A stretch of 63,357 nt of DNA, the filler included, from Folioceros fuciformis (taxonomy: Eukaryota), in NCBI GenBank assembly GCA_049999805.1. It is 14 parts of 14 records of this genome, joined end to end, with 100 filler letters (N's around TTAATTAATTAA, not from the genome) between each part and the next. Parts side by side here need not be neighbours in the genome. Positions count along the whole stretch, not along the records: positions 1 to 5,104 come from JBNGIO010006521.1; positions 5,205 to 11,494 come from JBNGIO010006523.1; positions 11,595 to 17,169 come from JBNGIO010006524.1; 11 more parts are not named here. One strand, given 5' to 3'. This document shows, in pieces, positions 1 through 17,269 of this stretch (within the stretch, counting starts at the first letter, position 1; every line of letters starts with the position of its first letter). The notes below the pieces were generated by a model, which saw nothing but the letters and a program-made list of their open reading frames with translations, was not told the DNA's origin and did no database searches. The position numbers were made by a program, and so were the translations under genes.

Positions 1-527
1 CCCTTGAGGGATACTAAACACAAATTTCGAGGACACTCGAGTAACTTTGTTTCTAGCAAAGCATTTTTTGGCAGAAAAACGATATTTTCAATTAGCACAA
101 AAGTGTTGATTTCTCTTTCTTGCAACAAGTGATTGCAATTAGTGACATCCACGTCAAAGTGAAATTTTTCTCTTGAAATTGATTGCTCGTCTTACATCCT
201 ATACCCATCCCTGGGTGATGATTTACATTGACACATCTTGCTATTTACTGTGCATAGCGTTGATTGTTAATATCATTAATTCATGATCCCTTTATGATAG
301 TTGTGCACATTGGCAAGGGTGTTTGCTAGCAACAACTCTATTCAATCCATCATCAATTCTATAGTTTGAGCCAATGCACGTGTTTGTAAAGGCATGTTTT
401 CTCATACCACATCACAAAACAAAACTTTTTATAACGTTCAAACACTTGATTTGATTTTTCTCTGCTCAAATTTACATAATTGTATCAAAGCCTTGAAGAT
501 AAGCATAGGAAGAATGCTATTCTTCCA

Positions 528-690
528 TCATAAGCTGGGATCTGAATCTCTAGTTGTATTGTAAGTAAAATGCAAGCAATGGATCTTAAACATAAGCAAC
601 TGCAACATTGCAAATGTTTTCCCTGCAAAAATCTTCAAGGACCTGTTAGGAAAATGAGGTACTTGAATCAATTCGTAGACATAGCACCCT
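528..690 (-). mobile_element. Possible decayed Helitron/PIF1-like helicase fragment
   Basis: Minus strand reads FLTGP* in one frame and AGKTFAMLQLL..YN...SDP in a neighbouring frame, resembling a broken PIF1 Walker A (FLTGxxGxGKTF). AT-rich context with many stops. Confidence 0.3.
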
Positions 691-3121
691 GCATCCCAAA
701 CCATAGAGAGCTTATCCAAGAAAAGTGCCTCAACTTCTTAAAACATAGATTTAGCAAATTTAATTATCATTATTGACCAACGATAGAATTCAAACTCCTA
801 GCATTCGAAAAAAGAATCATGACAATCAAACTTTGTCTAGATCACTTAGCCAAACCTCCTCCTTGAGCAACACACTTAGACAATGCTGAAAGCATCAAGG
901 CCCTGAACCTATAACTAGAAAGAAACATTTATTATAAGTTGTACACACATAATTTCTAACAATATGGGAAGCACCATACATAACTACAATTTTGATATCA
1001 AAAGATAGGAATCGCTTTAACAATTCTAATTATGATACTTAGGTGGTTCTCACGACCTCCATACTTAATGAGGCTGACCTCATGGAATAGTGGATGGCAT
1101 GGAACCATAAGTTGTTCTCAATGCAAGAAAGTCAAATCAAGCTGACGTGGATCAATAGAAGAAAAAGTATAAGAAAGCAAGAAAGCTTATACTTGCAGGA
1201 TTAGAGCAACAAATGTTACATCAAGTGGATGGAACAACATCCTCAACCCTAGCATAGTCATAGCTTACAAACTTGTACCGGATAGAAGATCTTGGCATAA
1301 TGGTGGTAGTAGTGAGAAATATGTTTTCACTAAAAATGAAGAACACAAATAGGGCCCAAAACCACATATCTGCCTTCTAAACAGCTCGTGCCAAACTAGC
1401 TAGCATTTGCTGGCAGATTGATCAGGTAAAGGCAATGACCCTGTTTTGTACACCCTGCTATCAAGCCATCATGTTTTTATTATAGCATAAAATTCTAGAA
1501 TGTGGGATGCTCAAAAAGCCTTCAAGAAAGGTGGGTTGGCTAAGAAAGATGTGGAGGGCATACTCATTAATGTTGTCTCAGCTTCCATGTAAGACAATCT
1601 TACTTGACAAGCTTCCTCAAGCTCAAGACTTGGCCGCCTTATGTATGTGGGTCCTAACTGTCGCCAAGGTCATCCCTACACGCCATAACAACGTTAAAAA
1701 AGATATGACTGCCTATCAAGTCGGCCACCCCAGGTAAGAGAAGGCTTGAACCAAAGGAAAAAAGGCAATTGTAATTGATGTGGAATCCTAGGACATTGGG
1801 AGATTGAATGTAGAAAGAAAGCTGAGGAATATCTCAAAGAGCTCCATCTACAGCTAGTATCACTTCAACAACCAATACACGAAGATCTCTAGCGGCTTCA
1901 TCACCAAGTCTTGGTGATAAAGGTTTGCGCCTGACGGGCTTATTTCGCCATACCACCTATAAATATTCAATATAGTCAACTAGATTTTTGGTAATATAAA
2001 CTGGCACAATTCTTAGAATTATGCCTCGCATCGATGGGGAAGATCTCAGCTGCAATTATGTGCACTCGATAGAATAGCACTAAAGAATATGTATCCGCGA
2101 GTCGTAATCTAACACACCCAGCCTGGGCCCCTACTTAAGAAAGTAACGGTACTCCAAAAAGTGACCACCACCGACGTCAAGACATCTGAGCTGTGCTCTG
2201 TCCATAACCGATTCGGCCCTCACTTTGTCTTTTGTCTTCCCCTTCTTTCCCAAACCAGGAACAATTGACAGATGACGAATTCGCAGCAGGGCTGGTGAGA
2301 ATGCATTCTTTTTTCTCTACTTTTGCTCAGTTTGCTTTTTGAGTAGCGATCTGCAAAGTGTTTATCGTCAAATTTTACGGTTGCTCATTTTGCCACTGTT
2401 CTCCACTTCCTTCTCTTGGGAAGGAAGTCACTCATCACGTCGTGCTCAACACTTGGATGAGATGAAGCTTAGGTGCGGGTTTCATGCAAAGATTTGATTA
2501 TCCTACACGCATCATAACAGCGAGCATTGCCAACCTCAAGTACGATGTCACTGTTCAGAAGGCTTGAAGGAACTTCTAGGCAAGCACAGCTTGTACTGGG
2601 GCGATTCTACGCGTACTTACCATGCAGCATTGTGAGTGTCTCAAATGAGAATCGGTGGCCTGACAGAGTGACCCGTCCACTGCTTCGGGAGGGCACATAG
2701 ATATTGTGCTCCAATTTGACTAGAGCGTAAATGGCATTGCAGACCTAGTGTAGTGTAGCCATATCACAAACCACTGGCCACAGATTCAAACATGTACAAG
2801 ATGCTCAAGACAGGGCCATGCCGGGTCGGACTGGGCCCTTGAATGTGATGGAGGAGCAAACGATATGAAGTTGATATTTGTGACTACAAAACTAAGGTTG
2901 AACATATTCCTTGTTAAGAAATTAGAAAGAAAGACACCACGCTTCAGTCTGTATAAATGGCTCTAAAATTTAAACAAACTCAATTATATTATATTATATA
3001 TAATACATTAAAAATTCTAAAAATTACTCACAACTAACAAGCCTCCAAGGGGTAGGCTAGAAACGCAATTAACCTAACAAGATTTTATCTACCCTAATTC
3101 AAAGGAAGGGGAACAATAGGT

Positions 3122-4444
3122 CTAGTGTTCCCAAGCGAGTGATCCTACAAGCAAGATTAAGTCGCAGATGGGCTCCAAAAATGGTGTGACATATGAAATC
3201 TGCTCTTTTGCCATATCAATTTGCACAACATATAGAAATCCGACAACCGGTCTCGTAAGAGCTTCATTAACTTCCTTGGATGAGGATATAGCGACAATTG
3301 AATGTAGAAGGTTAGGCTTAATTATCACACGTTGGAGTTGGGCCTCGTCAATCAGAGGCTTTTGGCCGAATGGAAGAAGAGCATGAGAGAGTTTGATAGC
3401 TTGTCTGATTCTATAGAGCTTGACGGCTTCAAAACTCATAATGGACGTTTGCAGAGGTAATTGATTCTTATGAAAATTGAAAAAATAATTTTTGCTCTTC
3501 ATAACACGATTCGCGAGCCGCATCTCGTCACTCTTGCCTTCCACACCACTCGACATGTTCAACTTCACGATATCGAGACTTTTGTTCTTTATTCCATGAT
3601 TTTTTTTACTTTCATTTAACATGTAATACAATTTATCTTTCGCAATCACGAAAACCACATCCACCTTGAACAATTCTATGATTTCTAAAAGCACATCATA
3701 GCCTTCATAGTCAGAATCGTTCCATGCGGCGGATTTGATTATCATGCCTGATTTATTAAGGCTTTTCAAGTCAGCCAATTCACAACTTTGAGCCAACTCC
3801 TTCATGAGATTCTTGTACACTACAAGGTTTGTTTGTTGAGTCAGATGACCAAAATAATACGCAACAGATGGTATAGAATTCATGGATAGCCTTTCTTGTA
3901 TAGGCTGCTCGATACATCCAGCTTCTATGGGCTTCTTAATACATGCAGCTATTAAGGTGCCCGGCAACTTTACATCGCCCTGACTGACGTCGAGATCAAC
4001 GTAGGTCGGTCTTCGTCCTTCCCTCACAGCCCAATTTAGTAACGTATGCGAAAACGTGGTTTTTCCAGAGTTGGATGGGCCAACTACTAGTACTCTTGGA
4101 CCCCGTGAAGAGTATTGCTCTGCATGTTGTCTTCTTGCTTCCAAAGCTTCATGGCATTTGTGGAACACAAAGATCGGCGATGGCACACTTGCATCCGCAC
4201 TCACAATGTAGATGAACTTACACTCTCCATCCACTTCTATAATCGCTTCGTGCCACGAAAAAACCGCAAATTGTTCACCACGAGAAAAGGTGAGCGGCTC
4301 GCCAAGATACATCGGAGCACCAAATATTTCCGCTATTCCTCTTAGGAGCTGAATTTTTATAGATCCTTGTGCGCCAACATCTATACGAAGTTCTTGTTGT
4401 GATCTAAGAAGGAACCTTTTATTCAGAATAGAGTTGGAAGTCAT
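3122..4444 (-). CDS. CLP1: CLP1-family polyribonucleotide 5'-kinase / mRNA cleavage factor homolog, single exon, 440 aa
   Basis: N-terminal jelly-roll (G.AEIFG, FAVFSWH), GPRVLVVGPSNSGKTT P-loop, YVDLDVSQG..PGT, YYFGH, C-terminal V.GFLYV..ID. Uninterrupted ATG-to-TAG frame. Confidence 0.9.
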   Translation of the reverse strand: MTSNSILNKRFLLRSQQELRIDVGAQGSIKIQLLRGIAEIFGAPMYLGEPLTFSRGEQFAVFSWHEAIIEVDGECKFIYIVSADASVPSPIFVFHKCHEALEARRQHAEQYSSRGPRVLVVGPSNSGKTTFSHTLLNWAVREGRRPTYVDLDVSQGDVKLPGTLIAACIKKPIEAGCIEQPIQERLSMNSIPSVAYYFGHLTQQTNLVVYKNLMKELAQSCELADLKSLNKSGMIIKSAAWNDSDYEGYDVLLEIIELFKVDVVFVIAKDKLYYMLNESKKNHGIKNKSLDIVKLNMSSGVEGKSDEMRLANRVMKSKNYFFNFHKNQLPLQTSIMSFEAVKLYRIRQAIKLSHALLPFGQKPLIDEAQLQRVIIKPNLLHSIVAISSSKEVNEALTRPVVGFLYVVQIDMAKEQISYVTPFLEPICDLILLVGSLAWEH

Positions 4445-4673
4445 TTTTCTATGAGAGGTATCTCAAAGGAATAGAAGAGCAAAAGCTCTTGTCTTGTTTT
4501 TCAAGGATTCCAACGAAGTAGACCGATGGTCTCTATCACACAATAGATGTAGCCTAAGCTTAAATAGTACAACAAGAGAGAAATGGTCTAAAAAACAGTA
4601 TATTTTATACTTTGGCTGAATACCTAAAGAAATTGCCCACGCTCACATATATAGCATGCATGTTCAAAATAGG

Positions 4674-4806
4674 AATATATGCTTATCATATATATAGGCA
4701 ATACTTCTTAAATTGACTTTATGTTTGAGATAAGAATATATGCTTATCACATATATAGGCAATACTTGCTAAAATTGATTTATCTTGGAGATAAAAATAT
4801 GCTTAT
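4674..4806. repeat. ~60-bp tandem duplication upstream of CLP1
   Basis: gcttatca(t/c)atatataggcaatactt...gagataa(g/a)aatat occurs twice, plus the start of a third copy. Confidence 0.75.
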
Positions 4807-5104
4807 GAGGTATGGGCGCTTATTAAGGAAAGTAGCTAAGGTAAAAGCTATGATAATATAAAAAAAAGTAATAATTGTTATAGTACAAAAATTATATCCG
4901 TTTTAAAAACGCTTCTGTTTCAATCGGGTGGTTATCCTAGCGCCGGGAAGCACGTCTTATGGTTTGTTCTTGGCCCTTGATCCTTTGGTTATATTTTGGG
5001 CAATGAGGTTTCCCTTTGTCACTGCACTAAAACAGGAAAATACTGTTCTCCAAACCCTAAACCCAGTCTAGGGCTCCAAGACGGCGGCTGCCTATATATA
5101 TTAC

Positions 5105-5204
5105 NNNNNNNNNNNNNNNNNNNNNNNNNNNNNNNNNNNNNNNNNNNNTTAATTAATTAANNNNNNNNNNNNNNNNNNNNNNNNNNNNNNNNNNNNNNNN
5201 NNNN
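5105..5204. other. Artificial contig linker N44-TTAATTAATTAA-N44 (first of 13)
   Basis: Identical 100-bp linkers start at 5105, 11495, 17170, 18902, 21357, 23854, 26883, 28319, 30229, 35820, 38407, 42013 and 57397. Confidence 0.98.
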
Positions 5205-5993
5205 CATCGGGGCCCTCGCTAGACCATCGCATTGCGCGGCCTTGTAACTTTATCACGATTCGCGTTTCGCCACCTGAGACGCGGGCCACGGATTCCTGCT
5301 GCGCTTCCCTGCACCGGCGGGCCTTGTCGGCGACACCTTCGTCTCGCCTCTGAATTCGCACAGGAAAGGTACGTGTCTCTTCCCTGCTGCAGCTGCCGGC
5401 GCTGGGATTGGGATTAGGCGGCCTTGCCTCCAGTTTGTGCAGCACTGCGGGAGTGGAGCTTCTTCGATGGTGGCAAAGACAATTTGTTTGTTTTGTTGCA
5501 CAGCTGCGGTGTGCGTGCGTGCGGGTGGAGGCCGAGGGGTTTTAGGGAGGGCGTTTGCGTTGTGGTTGGAGTGTTCGGGGGCCTGCCTTGCTTTGTCCAG
5601 CTCGGGATTGTGGGTGCGATTGCGTAGTGACATATGCGGGGGCCAGCACTAGGCCTTGTGATTGGGTTGCGCTGCGGCGAGCTTCCTGCTGGAAGCCTGC
5701 GCGGTTTGTGGTGGCCTGGCTCCGTTTCGGTTTCGGGCACTGATTTTTTTTGTCATGGCCTGGCAATTTGTGCAGTTGGCGGGCTTGCGGAATTGAGGCA
5801 CTGGGTTGGTTGATTGCGGGTTTCGGATAAGTTTGTGGGTGGGACGTCATGTTCTCGGGTGATGCTAGGATGATTTGCAGAATGTGAGAAGGCTCGAGAC
5901 CCTAGGTTCGGTCTGACACGGGTGCGGGAGCGGGCTGGTAGGGGCCAGGTGTGCTGGATTTCTTCAGTATTGGAGGAAGATTCAGGTGGAGCA

Positions 5994-10892
<4,899 letters not shown>

Positions 10893-11594
10893 GGCAAGTG
10901 ACGGTCGCCAAGCTCTTACCCTGCCCTGTCTTCTTCGGTGTACAGTAGTCCGTTGGTGCACACCAGTGTGTCCACCGCATTGTGGAACTTGTATACGGTA
11001 GCAGGAGCTGCGCGATACAGATTGCCGTGTCACGGGCTGCTGCAATGGTATTTGAAGTGCGACATCTGCACATTTGTCTACCTATTCGATTGCGAGTAAT
11101 GGCTGTCTGGACATGTGGCACACCTTGGTGAGGTCTTGGAGGCAAATGCCCTCCCGCCACGCATTCCGTGTGTGCTTATGCCCAGCTTAGTATCAAAATG
11201 TAGGTCAGTGTGCAAGTTCGGTCGGTTCCGTGGAACATGCGGAGAAATCTGTATTACGGCAAATGGCTTAATGTCCACCACGTCATTGCATCGCGTTATT
11301 CTCCTCTCGATTTCGGGGGTCCCGGTGAACCGGCGGCTAGTTTGAAATTGGAAGCGAAGCCATCCGAATCCACACAGCGCCAGAAAGCCTCCCGCCCTCG
11401 CTTGTCATTGACAGTAAGAATTCCCGCCTTCGTTGCTTATTGGTGGCAAAGATTCCCGCCTTCGTTTGTTTCTGGGTTGTAGACGATCCCAATCNNNNNN
11501 NNNNNNNNNNNNNNNNNNNNNNNNNNNNNNNNNNNNNNTTAATTAATTAANNNNNNNNNNNNNNNNNNNNNNNNNNNNNNNNNNNNNNNNNNNN

Positions 11595-14500
11595 AAGAGT
11601 AACCCTCGCTGCCAAAACATTTCTCAATGAGTGGTCTACCAGGAGCCGAGGCTGGAACGGAAGTCTTTGTTTGGCTCATCAAAACTCTGTGTGCAAAAGA
11701 TACTGAAAACATTTCTGAAGCCCCATGCCCTACAATTGAACGTTGCTCATGAAGTACCTTTGGTACATGCTTCAAAGAATATGCTGGGAGCCCGTTTGAA
11801 GGAGTCACTGAAGTTGTGTCTATTCATAGAAAGAGCTAAGGTGATCAGCGATCAATTCTTGCAGCAGAAGTTAGCTTCACAGTCTCCTCTGACTTCTTCA
11901 GATGTAAGCAAGTGTGACACCTACGGCGCATGAAACACATTGCTACTGATAATGGAAATAGCAACAAAGATCTTACTTGCTGGCCACGATGGCTGTGCAG
12001 AAGGAACATACGCATTTGCTGAAAGGACACGGTTAGCAGATGGATCAGCATAGAACAGGTCAGAGATCATCCAGTACGCAATTGCATAACAAAAATCGAA
12101 AAGTACCATGTCACACTCACCCCCAGTGTAAGGATCGACATAACCACTGCCCACTTTGGGAGGCGCTTCCTGCGTATTTTTAAGTATAAAATCCACTACT
12201 TGAGATCTGTATGCCAATGGCAGGTCCTCATCCACAAGCCACTTCTCTGCAACGTCATGCGGATTCTCTGCATGGAGTTCAAACTGTCAAACCACTGAAC
12301 AAAACCAATTTTCCGCCCAGCTGGAGGAGCACTGGCAAAGGAGATCAGGGCTTACGTCCTCTGTTGTATGGTAGTTTTCTTGGAGGTACACCATCGCCAA
12401 TGTCAACATCAAAAACTGTTGAAAGAGCATGAAGTTGGCAAGCACCAAAATAAGTTGAATTGCATTGGAACTGTCAATAGGCATCAACATCTGTACATAG
12501 GAATCTAACCATAGTCATACGTGATGCCGTTCAGAGTGCGTTTGTCGATGGAATCAGATGGCCCATCTACAACTTCGCCAACCTACGTAAGGCACCAATA
12601 ACATGAGTAGACAGCTCAATGAAATATTGAAATCCTTCATGCACGTCACCACTCTGCACCAATTACCTTGTCCCACTTATACTCTTGGTAGTTCCAGCTG
12701 TAAGCAACACCACTATTTCCCTCACGCACTATCTTGGTTTGGCCGTCTTTGGTGCCTGCATGGCTCATGACAACCTAAGCATAGTCTTGCACAAGTTTAA
12801 GTGTATGGCACATGGCTCCATGCATAATCACCAAGGCTACCAGTTAAGGTACATGCAGTGGGTCAGTACCCACCAGGTCGCTCAAGCGCTTCAATACCGG
12901 GCAGGTCTGCAACCTTGACACCCCCGACTGTCGTCCTGCAGTGCAAGCACAAACAATCAGTGATGTGCAGCAGGGAAACCATAGCAGTTCATGTTCAAGC
13001 ACGGCCCTTGAACAGGTACGCACGACTCCAATTTGAGTGCAGTGAGCTGCGCCTCATAAGCCTCTCTCTCGATGGCTGGTGCAACACGTGAAGGATCTAG
13101 AGTCCACACTCTTGCTACGCCATCTGAGCATGCCGTGATAAGATCACCATTGGCCAGATACTTCACATCCCACACACAACCAGGATGTTCAAGCGTTTGA
13201 AAACACACTCCATCTGCAAGGACAACACTTCCAGTGAGAACCATTTACTTGAAAGGAAAATATCGAGGACGAAGCAATCACTAACCCCTAAAAAACCTAA
13301 AATCTGGAAACTGGGACGTTCCACAGATATGGGTACGTAGCTTATTTATGCCCAGATGCAGACAATGCAGTAACTTCCAGAACAAACCTCGCCAAACTTT
13401 GGCTTCACGATCTTCACTTCCAGATGCCACCTCCCCTGATGCATTCACGGAAACTGAGTAGATTATTGCAGTGTGTCCCACTAGCTCTTGCAGCACCTCC
13501 CCATTTGTGGACCACAGCCGGATTGTGCTGTTGAGGGTTGATGGTTGATCAGAATGCGCAGATGTTTTAGAAGCCAGTGCATAATTGCTTGAGTGACTAA
13601 GCGTGAAGCACACTCACCAATCATGAGAAGCTGACACTATGCCAACGTCTGGAAGATATGCTAGGGCACGTACAGTATCTGTAAACTATAAAACATTGGA
13701 GTGAAGCATAGGTTGGAGATAAACTCTTTTGACCGTCAAGGTACAAACCATGATACCGACGAATACCTGTATGCCCCGAGACAGTATGCTGGCAGGTGGT
13801 TTCACGCCAGAATTTGATTGTCATATCGCTGGAACCTGTCATCAAAATGTTTCTAGGGGATAAATTAGTTCGTGTCGTTAGGCATGATATTGGACATTTC
13901 AAAAGACTACTTCGAAAACCCTACCTGTTACAAGCTCTTCAGAGGGCAGAACTATTACAGCTTGAACAGGTCCCTGGTGTCCCTTCAAAATATCCACGGC
14001 GTTCCCTTTCTTCCATCTCCGCACAGTGCTGTTCGTCACGTTGGTGGTAATAAGTAGACACTCATTGCCCTCTGGCACCACTAGGCTACAGATGCTAATT
14101 CATCCTATCCCGTGCCTCGTGCTCTCTCTCTCTCGCAACCCCAGGTCAGTTCTGAAAATTGAATGCAATGAGAAGCAGCACAAACTGACCCGTCAACAGA
14201 AGCAGAGACAACCTCTCCCTGGCGGTCAATTGCAATACTGGTGACCTGCAGTTCGTGCCCCGTAAACTCCTTGATTACCGAAGCAGAACCGAGGTCCCAG
14301 ACCAAAACCCTAGCGTCCATTCCTCCCGACACCACACCACCTGCGGGTAAGTGCTCATTCGGAGGAATCCATGCAAGCGGTCCCACAAAGTTTCTGTGGC
14401 CAACGAGTGTCTGCGACAGCGAATAGCCTCCATGGTGTCCCTTGTCCGGGACCCAAAACCTTACAGTCTTGTCTCTGGATGCTGTGGCTATTCCGGACTC

Positions 14501-14684
14501 CCCACAAACGCAAAGGCCCCTCACCTGAATAGGTCACAAGACGCAAGACTGAGCAAAATCGTCACGTCCAACTGAATCTGGGAATTCGTCACGAGCCACA
14601 GTTGAAACACGAGCTTACATCCTCCTCGTGGCCCTTCAGCTGGCATCGCAACCTGTAACGCGGGTGGTCCACCTCCATGTCCAT
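11595..14684 (-). CDS. PLAA: Phospholipase A2-activating protein / DOA1-UFD3 (WD40 + PFU), 3' end (PUL domain) cut off by the contig edge
   Basis: Exon 1 MDMEVDHPRYRLRCQLKGHEED, WD40 repeats (ATASRDKTVRFW, EHPGCVWD), PFU (DYVFDVDIGDG, LP..YR.QVVDFILKNT, YVDPYTG), linker LKHVPK then an intron to the linker. Confidence 0.9.
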
Positions 14685-14930
14685 CGCTGGAGCTACGGCA
14701 ATGTATCAAATTCAGCTCTACAACGCTGACACAATACTCGACAAGAATTGAGATACCAAGATTCGGAGTTATATAGGGTGAGAGCAACAATTGTTATGAT
14801 ACCGAAAGAAAAGGCGAAATTGGCGAAACGGCCAGTCTCACGTGAGAGGGCGGGCAGCTGCTGCATCTGTAGAGGTTTGGGAGGCAGCTTCCTTGAAGGC
14901 TCTACGTTCACCACGCCTTTCGAGGCGACG

Positions 14931-15800
14931 ATGAGGTCCCGCGTGTTTCAGACGAATCGGTACCTGGGCGCGTTGCTTTCCTTGCTGGTTGTGTGTCGGT
15001 GTTGCGGAACACGGCCAGCTGAGGCCGCTGCAGAATGCCAGCCTGTAGCAGCCGATGTTTCTCGCGCTTTGGTGCACTACGCTAAGAGCACCATCATTCC
15101 GCAGCAGACTGTGGGGGAGATTCTGGTAACGGAGAGAGTTCTTCGTGCTCGGGGGCCTTGCAACTTTCTCGTCTTCGGGCTCGGCTACGACACGCTTCTG
15201 TGGAAGACTCTGAATCACGGTGGCCGGACTGTGTTTCTGGAGGAGTCGGAAGAATGGCTGAAGCAGGTGCGGGCTAACCATTCGGGAGTGGAGGCTTACC
15301 TAGTACGCTACTCCACGCAGCTTCTGCAGCAGCAGGAGCTTCTCCTCTACTCCAGGGCAGAGAGAAAGGGAGATTGTGCTCCTCATCAGGATCTTGCCTC
15401 ATCCAAGTGCAGATTGGCACTGACTGGCTTACCACCAGAGCTGTACCAGGTTGAGTGGGATGTCATCCTGATTGACGCGCCTCAGGGATGGTTTCCCGAA
15501 GCTCCTGGCAGAATGTCGGCCATTTTCTCTATGGCCGTGCTAGCAAGGTCCCGAACGTCAGGCGAATACACCGACGTTATGCTGCACGACATTGATCGGC
15601 CCGCAGAACGAAGCTATGCGGAGGAGTTTCTGTGTGAGGAGAACAGAGTAGGCGGTGCTGATATTCTCTGGCATTTCCGAATCGCTCCGAGCAAGAAAGA
15701 TGCTTTTTGCTCCAGTTCTGCAGGGCTAGAACACGAGGCAGGTTCCGGGACCCCTTCTCAGGTGTCAGAACCTGATCAGTACTCTCACTCTGAGTTATGA
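14931..15800 (+). CDS. DUF579 polysaccharide O-methyltransferase (GXM/AGM/IRX15 family), single exon
   Basis: PCNFLVFGLG, NHGGRTVFLEE, C.LAL..LP..LY.VEWDVILIDAP.G..PEAPGRMSAIF, FLCEEN. N-terminal hydrophobic anchor after the ATG at 14931. Confidence 0.9.
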   Translation: MRSRVFQTNRYLGALLSLLVVCRCCGTRPAEAAAECQPVAADVSRALVHYAKSTIIPQQTVGEILVTERVLRARGPCNFLVFGLGYDTLLWKTLNHGGRTVFLEESEEWLKQVRANHSGVEAYLVRYSTQLLQQQELLLYSRAERKGDCAPHQDLASSKCRLALTGLPPELYQVEWDVILIDAPQGWFPEAPGRMSAIFSMAVLARSRTSGEYTDVMLHDIDRPAERSYAEEFLCEENRVGGADILWHFRIAPSKKDAFCSSSAGLEHEAGSGTPSQVSEPDQYSHSEL

Positions 15801-16403
15801 AGCATGCGGCAGTCTTCGACTGCGGTAGTGAATTAATCCGGACAACTAAGATTCTTCCTTCCTAGTACCACTTGGAAGTTTGCTGTCCAGTCTGCTACTG
15901 CAGATCACATCAGCGGATAACTTGAGACCCTACAACATTGCGCTAGCAGGATAACTCTTTGCGGTGATTGAATGACGACCGTGGAGACTGTGCCATGGCG
16001 TCCCGGTAGTCACCCCAGGATCTCCATTAAAGCTGCTGGATACAGAGTTTCATATGCTGTCATCCTCTAATGTTCCGGGAACAGGTTTGGTGCGAATCGC
16101 ACGCAACAGATTTTTCGCTGCACAAAGAAAATTGTCCTGGCCGACATCGGACGATTGTGAACCGTTCACCATCATGTGTCGAAAAGAATGCGGCAGACAT
16201 TGTTAGCAATAAATTATAATCAATATGCACAGAATACAGCGTGTGTAGAATCCTTATATGGAGCATTTCCGACGTACGTACTGTGTGTAGACATGTGTTA
16301 CCACAACTTCTTACATGGCAGTTTAGGATGGTTTCTTTAACAGGTGGCCACCCCTTCGCTCTCGCAAGCTGAAACGTCATTACATACTCTCATAGTGGTG
16401 TCA

Positions 16404-17169
16404 TTAGATACTCATAGCGGTATCCTTGGCCTCGCAGATGGCAGACAGCGCGGGATGCAAGGATTCGACAGCCGTGGCATTCAACGCCAGCGTTCCTACC
16501 AGCTCCAGGAAATGGTGGCAAGCTGCTCCAACGTCGACCTGAGCAACGCCGCTCAACGCGGCGTTAGCTGCCTTTCCAGCAAACTCAACGACGTCTTCCG
16601 CCTCCTCGACGGCCTGCACCAGATCCGAGCTAACCGCCACGGCCGCCGAGTCCAAGCCGGAGACCATGGCCACCATGAGAGACGCGACCAAATCGCCCAG
16701 CTGTGGCGTCGAAGCAGCCGCGTGGGCCATGTGGTCCGGCGCCGAGGCCAATTGCACGAGGTGAGTGGGGGAAGAGGGCAGGTCCGGTTTGGGCCCAGTG
16801 GAGATGCCGTACGACAGCAGGGTGGTCTTCAGGGCCACTTTGGCCTCCGTCAGCAGCTTCTGGGCCTGCGCCGCGTAATATGGGAACTTGAGTTGGGAGG
16901 TGAGAAGCGCGCCTGGGAGATGGTCCGCGGAGACGCTGCGCTTGGGCGGCTGTAAACTGTCGGGATGGCGCGCCAGCCAGTGGGCGAAGAAGCCTACGAG
17001 CAGCAACACCCAGCCTCCCAGGGCTGCCGACTCCAACACAGTCTCGTTGCGCAGAAGGAAAGTAAAGAGCGCTCCCCACATGGGAATTGTGGTGTAAATC
17101 AGGGTGGCTGTGGAAGCGTGTACCCAACGCAGGCCGCGAAGCTCCAGCCAGCTGCACAACCCCACGCAC
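16404..17169 (-). CDS. EamA/DMT-family membrane transporter, 3' part only, with an Ala-rich C-terminal tail
   Basis: LCSWLELRGLRWVHASTATLIYTTIPMWGALF.FLL.NE....ALGG is typical of the last EamA helices. Frame is open to the linker. Confidence 0.65.
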
Positions 17170-17269
17170 NNNNNNNNNNNNNNNNNNNNNNNNNNNNNNN
17201 NNNNNNNNNNNNNTTAATTAATTAANNNNNNNNNNNNNNNNNNNNNNNNNNNNNNNNNNNNNNNNNNNN

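Noticed and set aside
5205..5930. Dense overlapping short ORFs upstream of FTSH11
   Set aside because: GC-rich 5' UTR or intron-like sequence with no domain similarity. Similar antisense shadow ORFs across the window were ignored.
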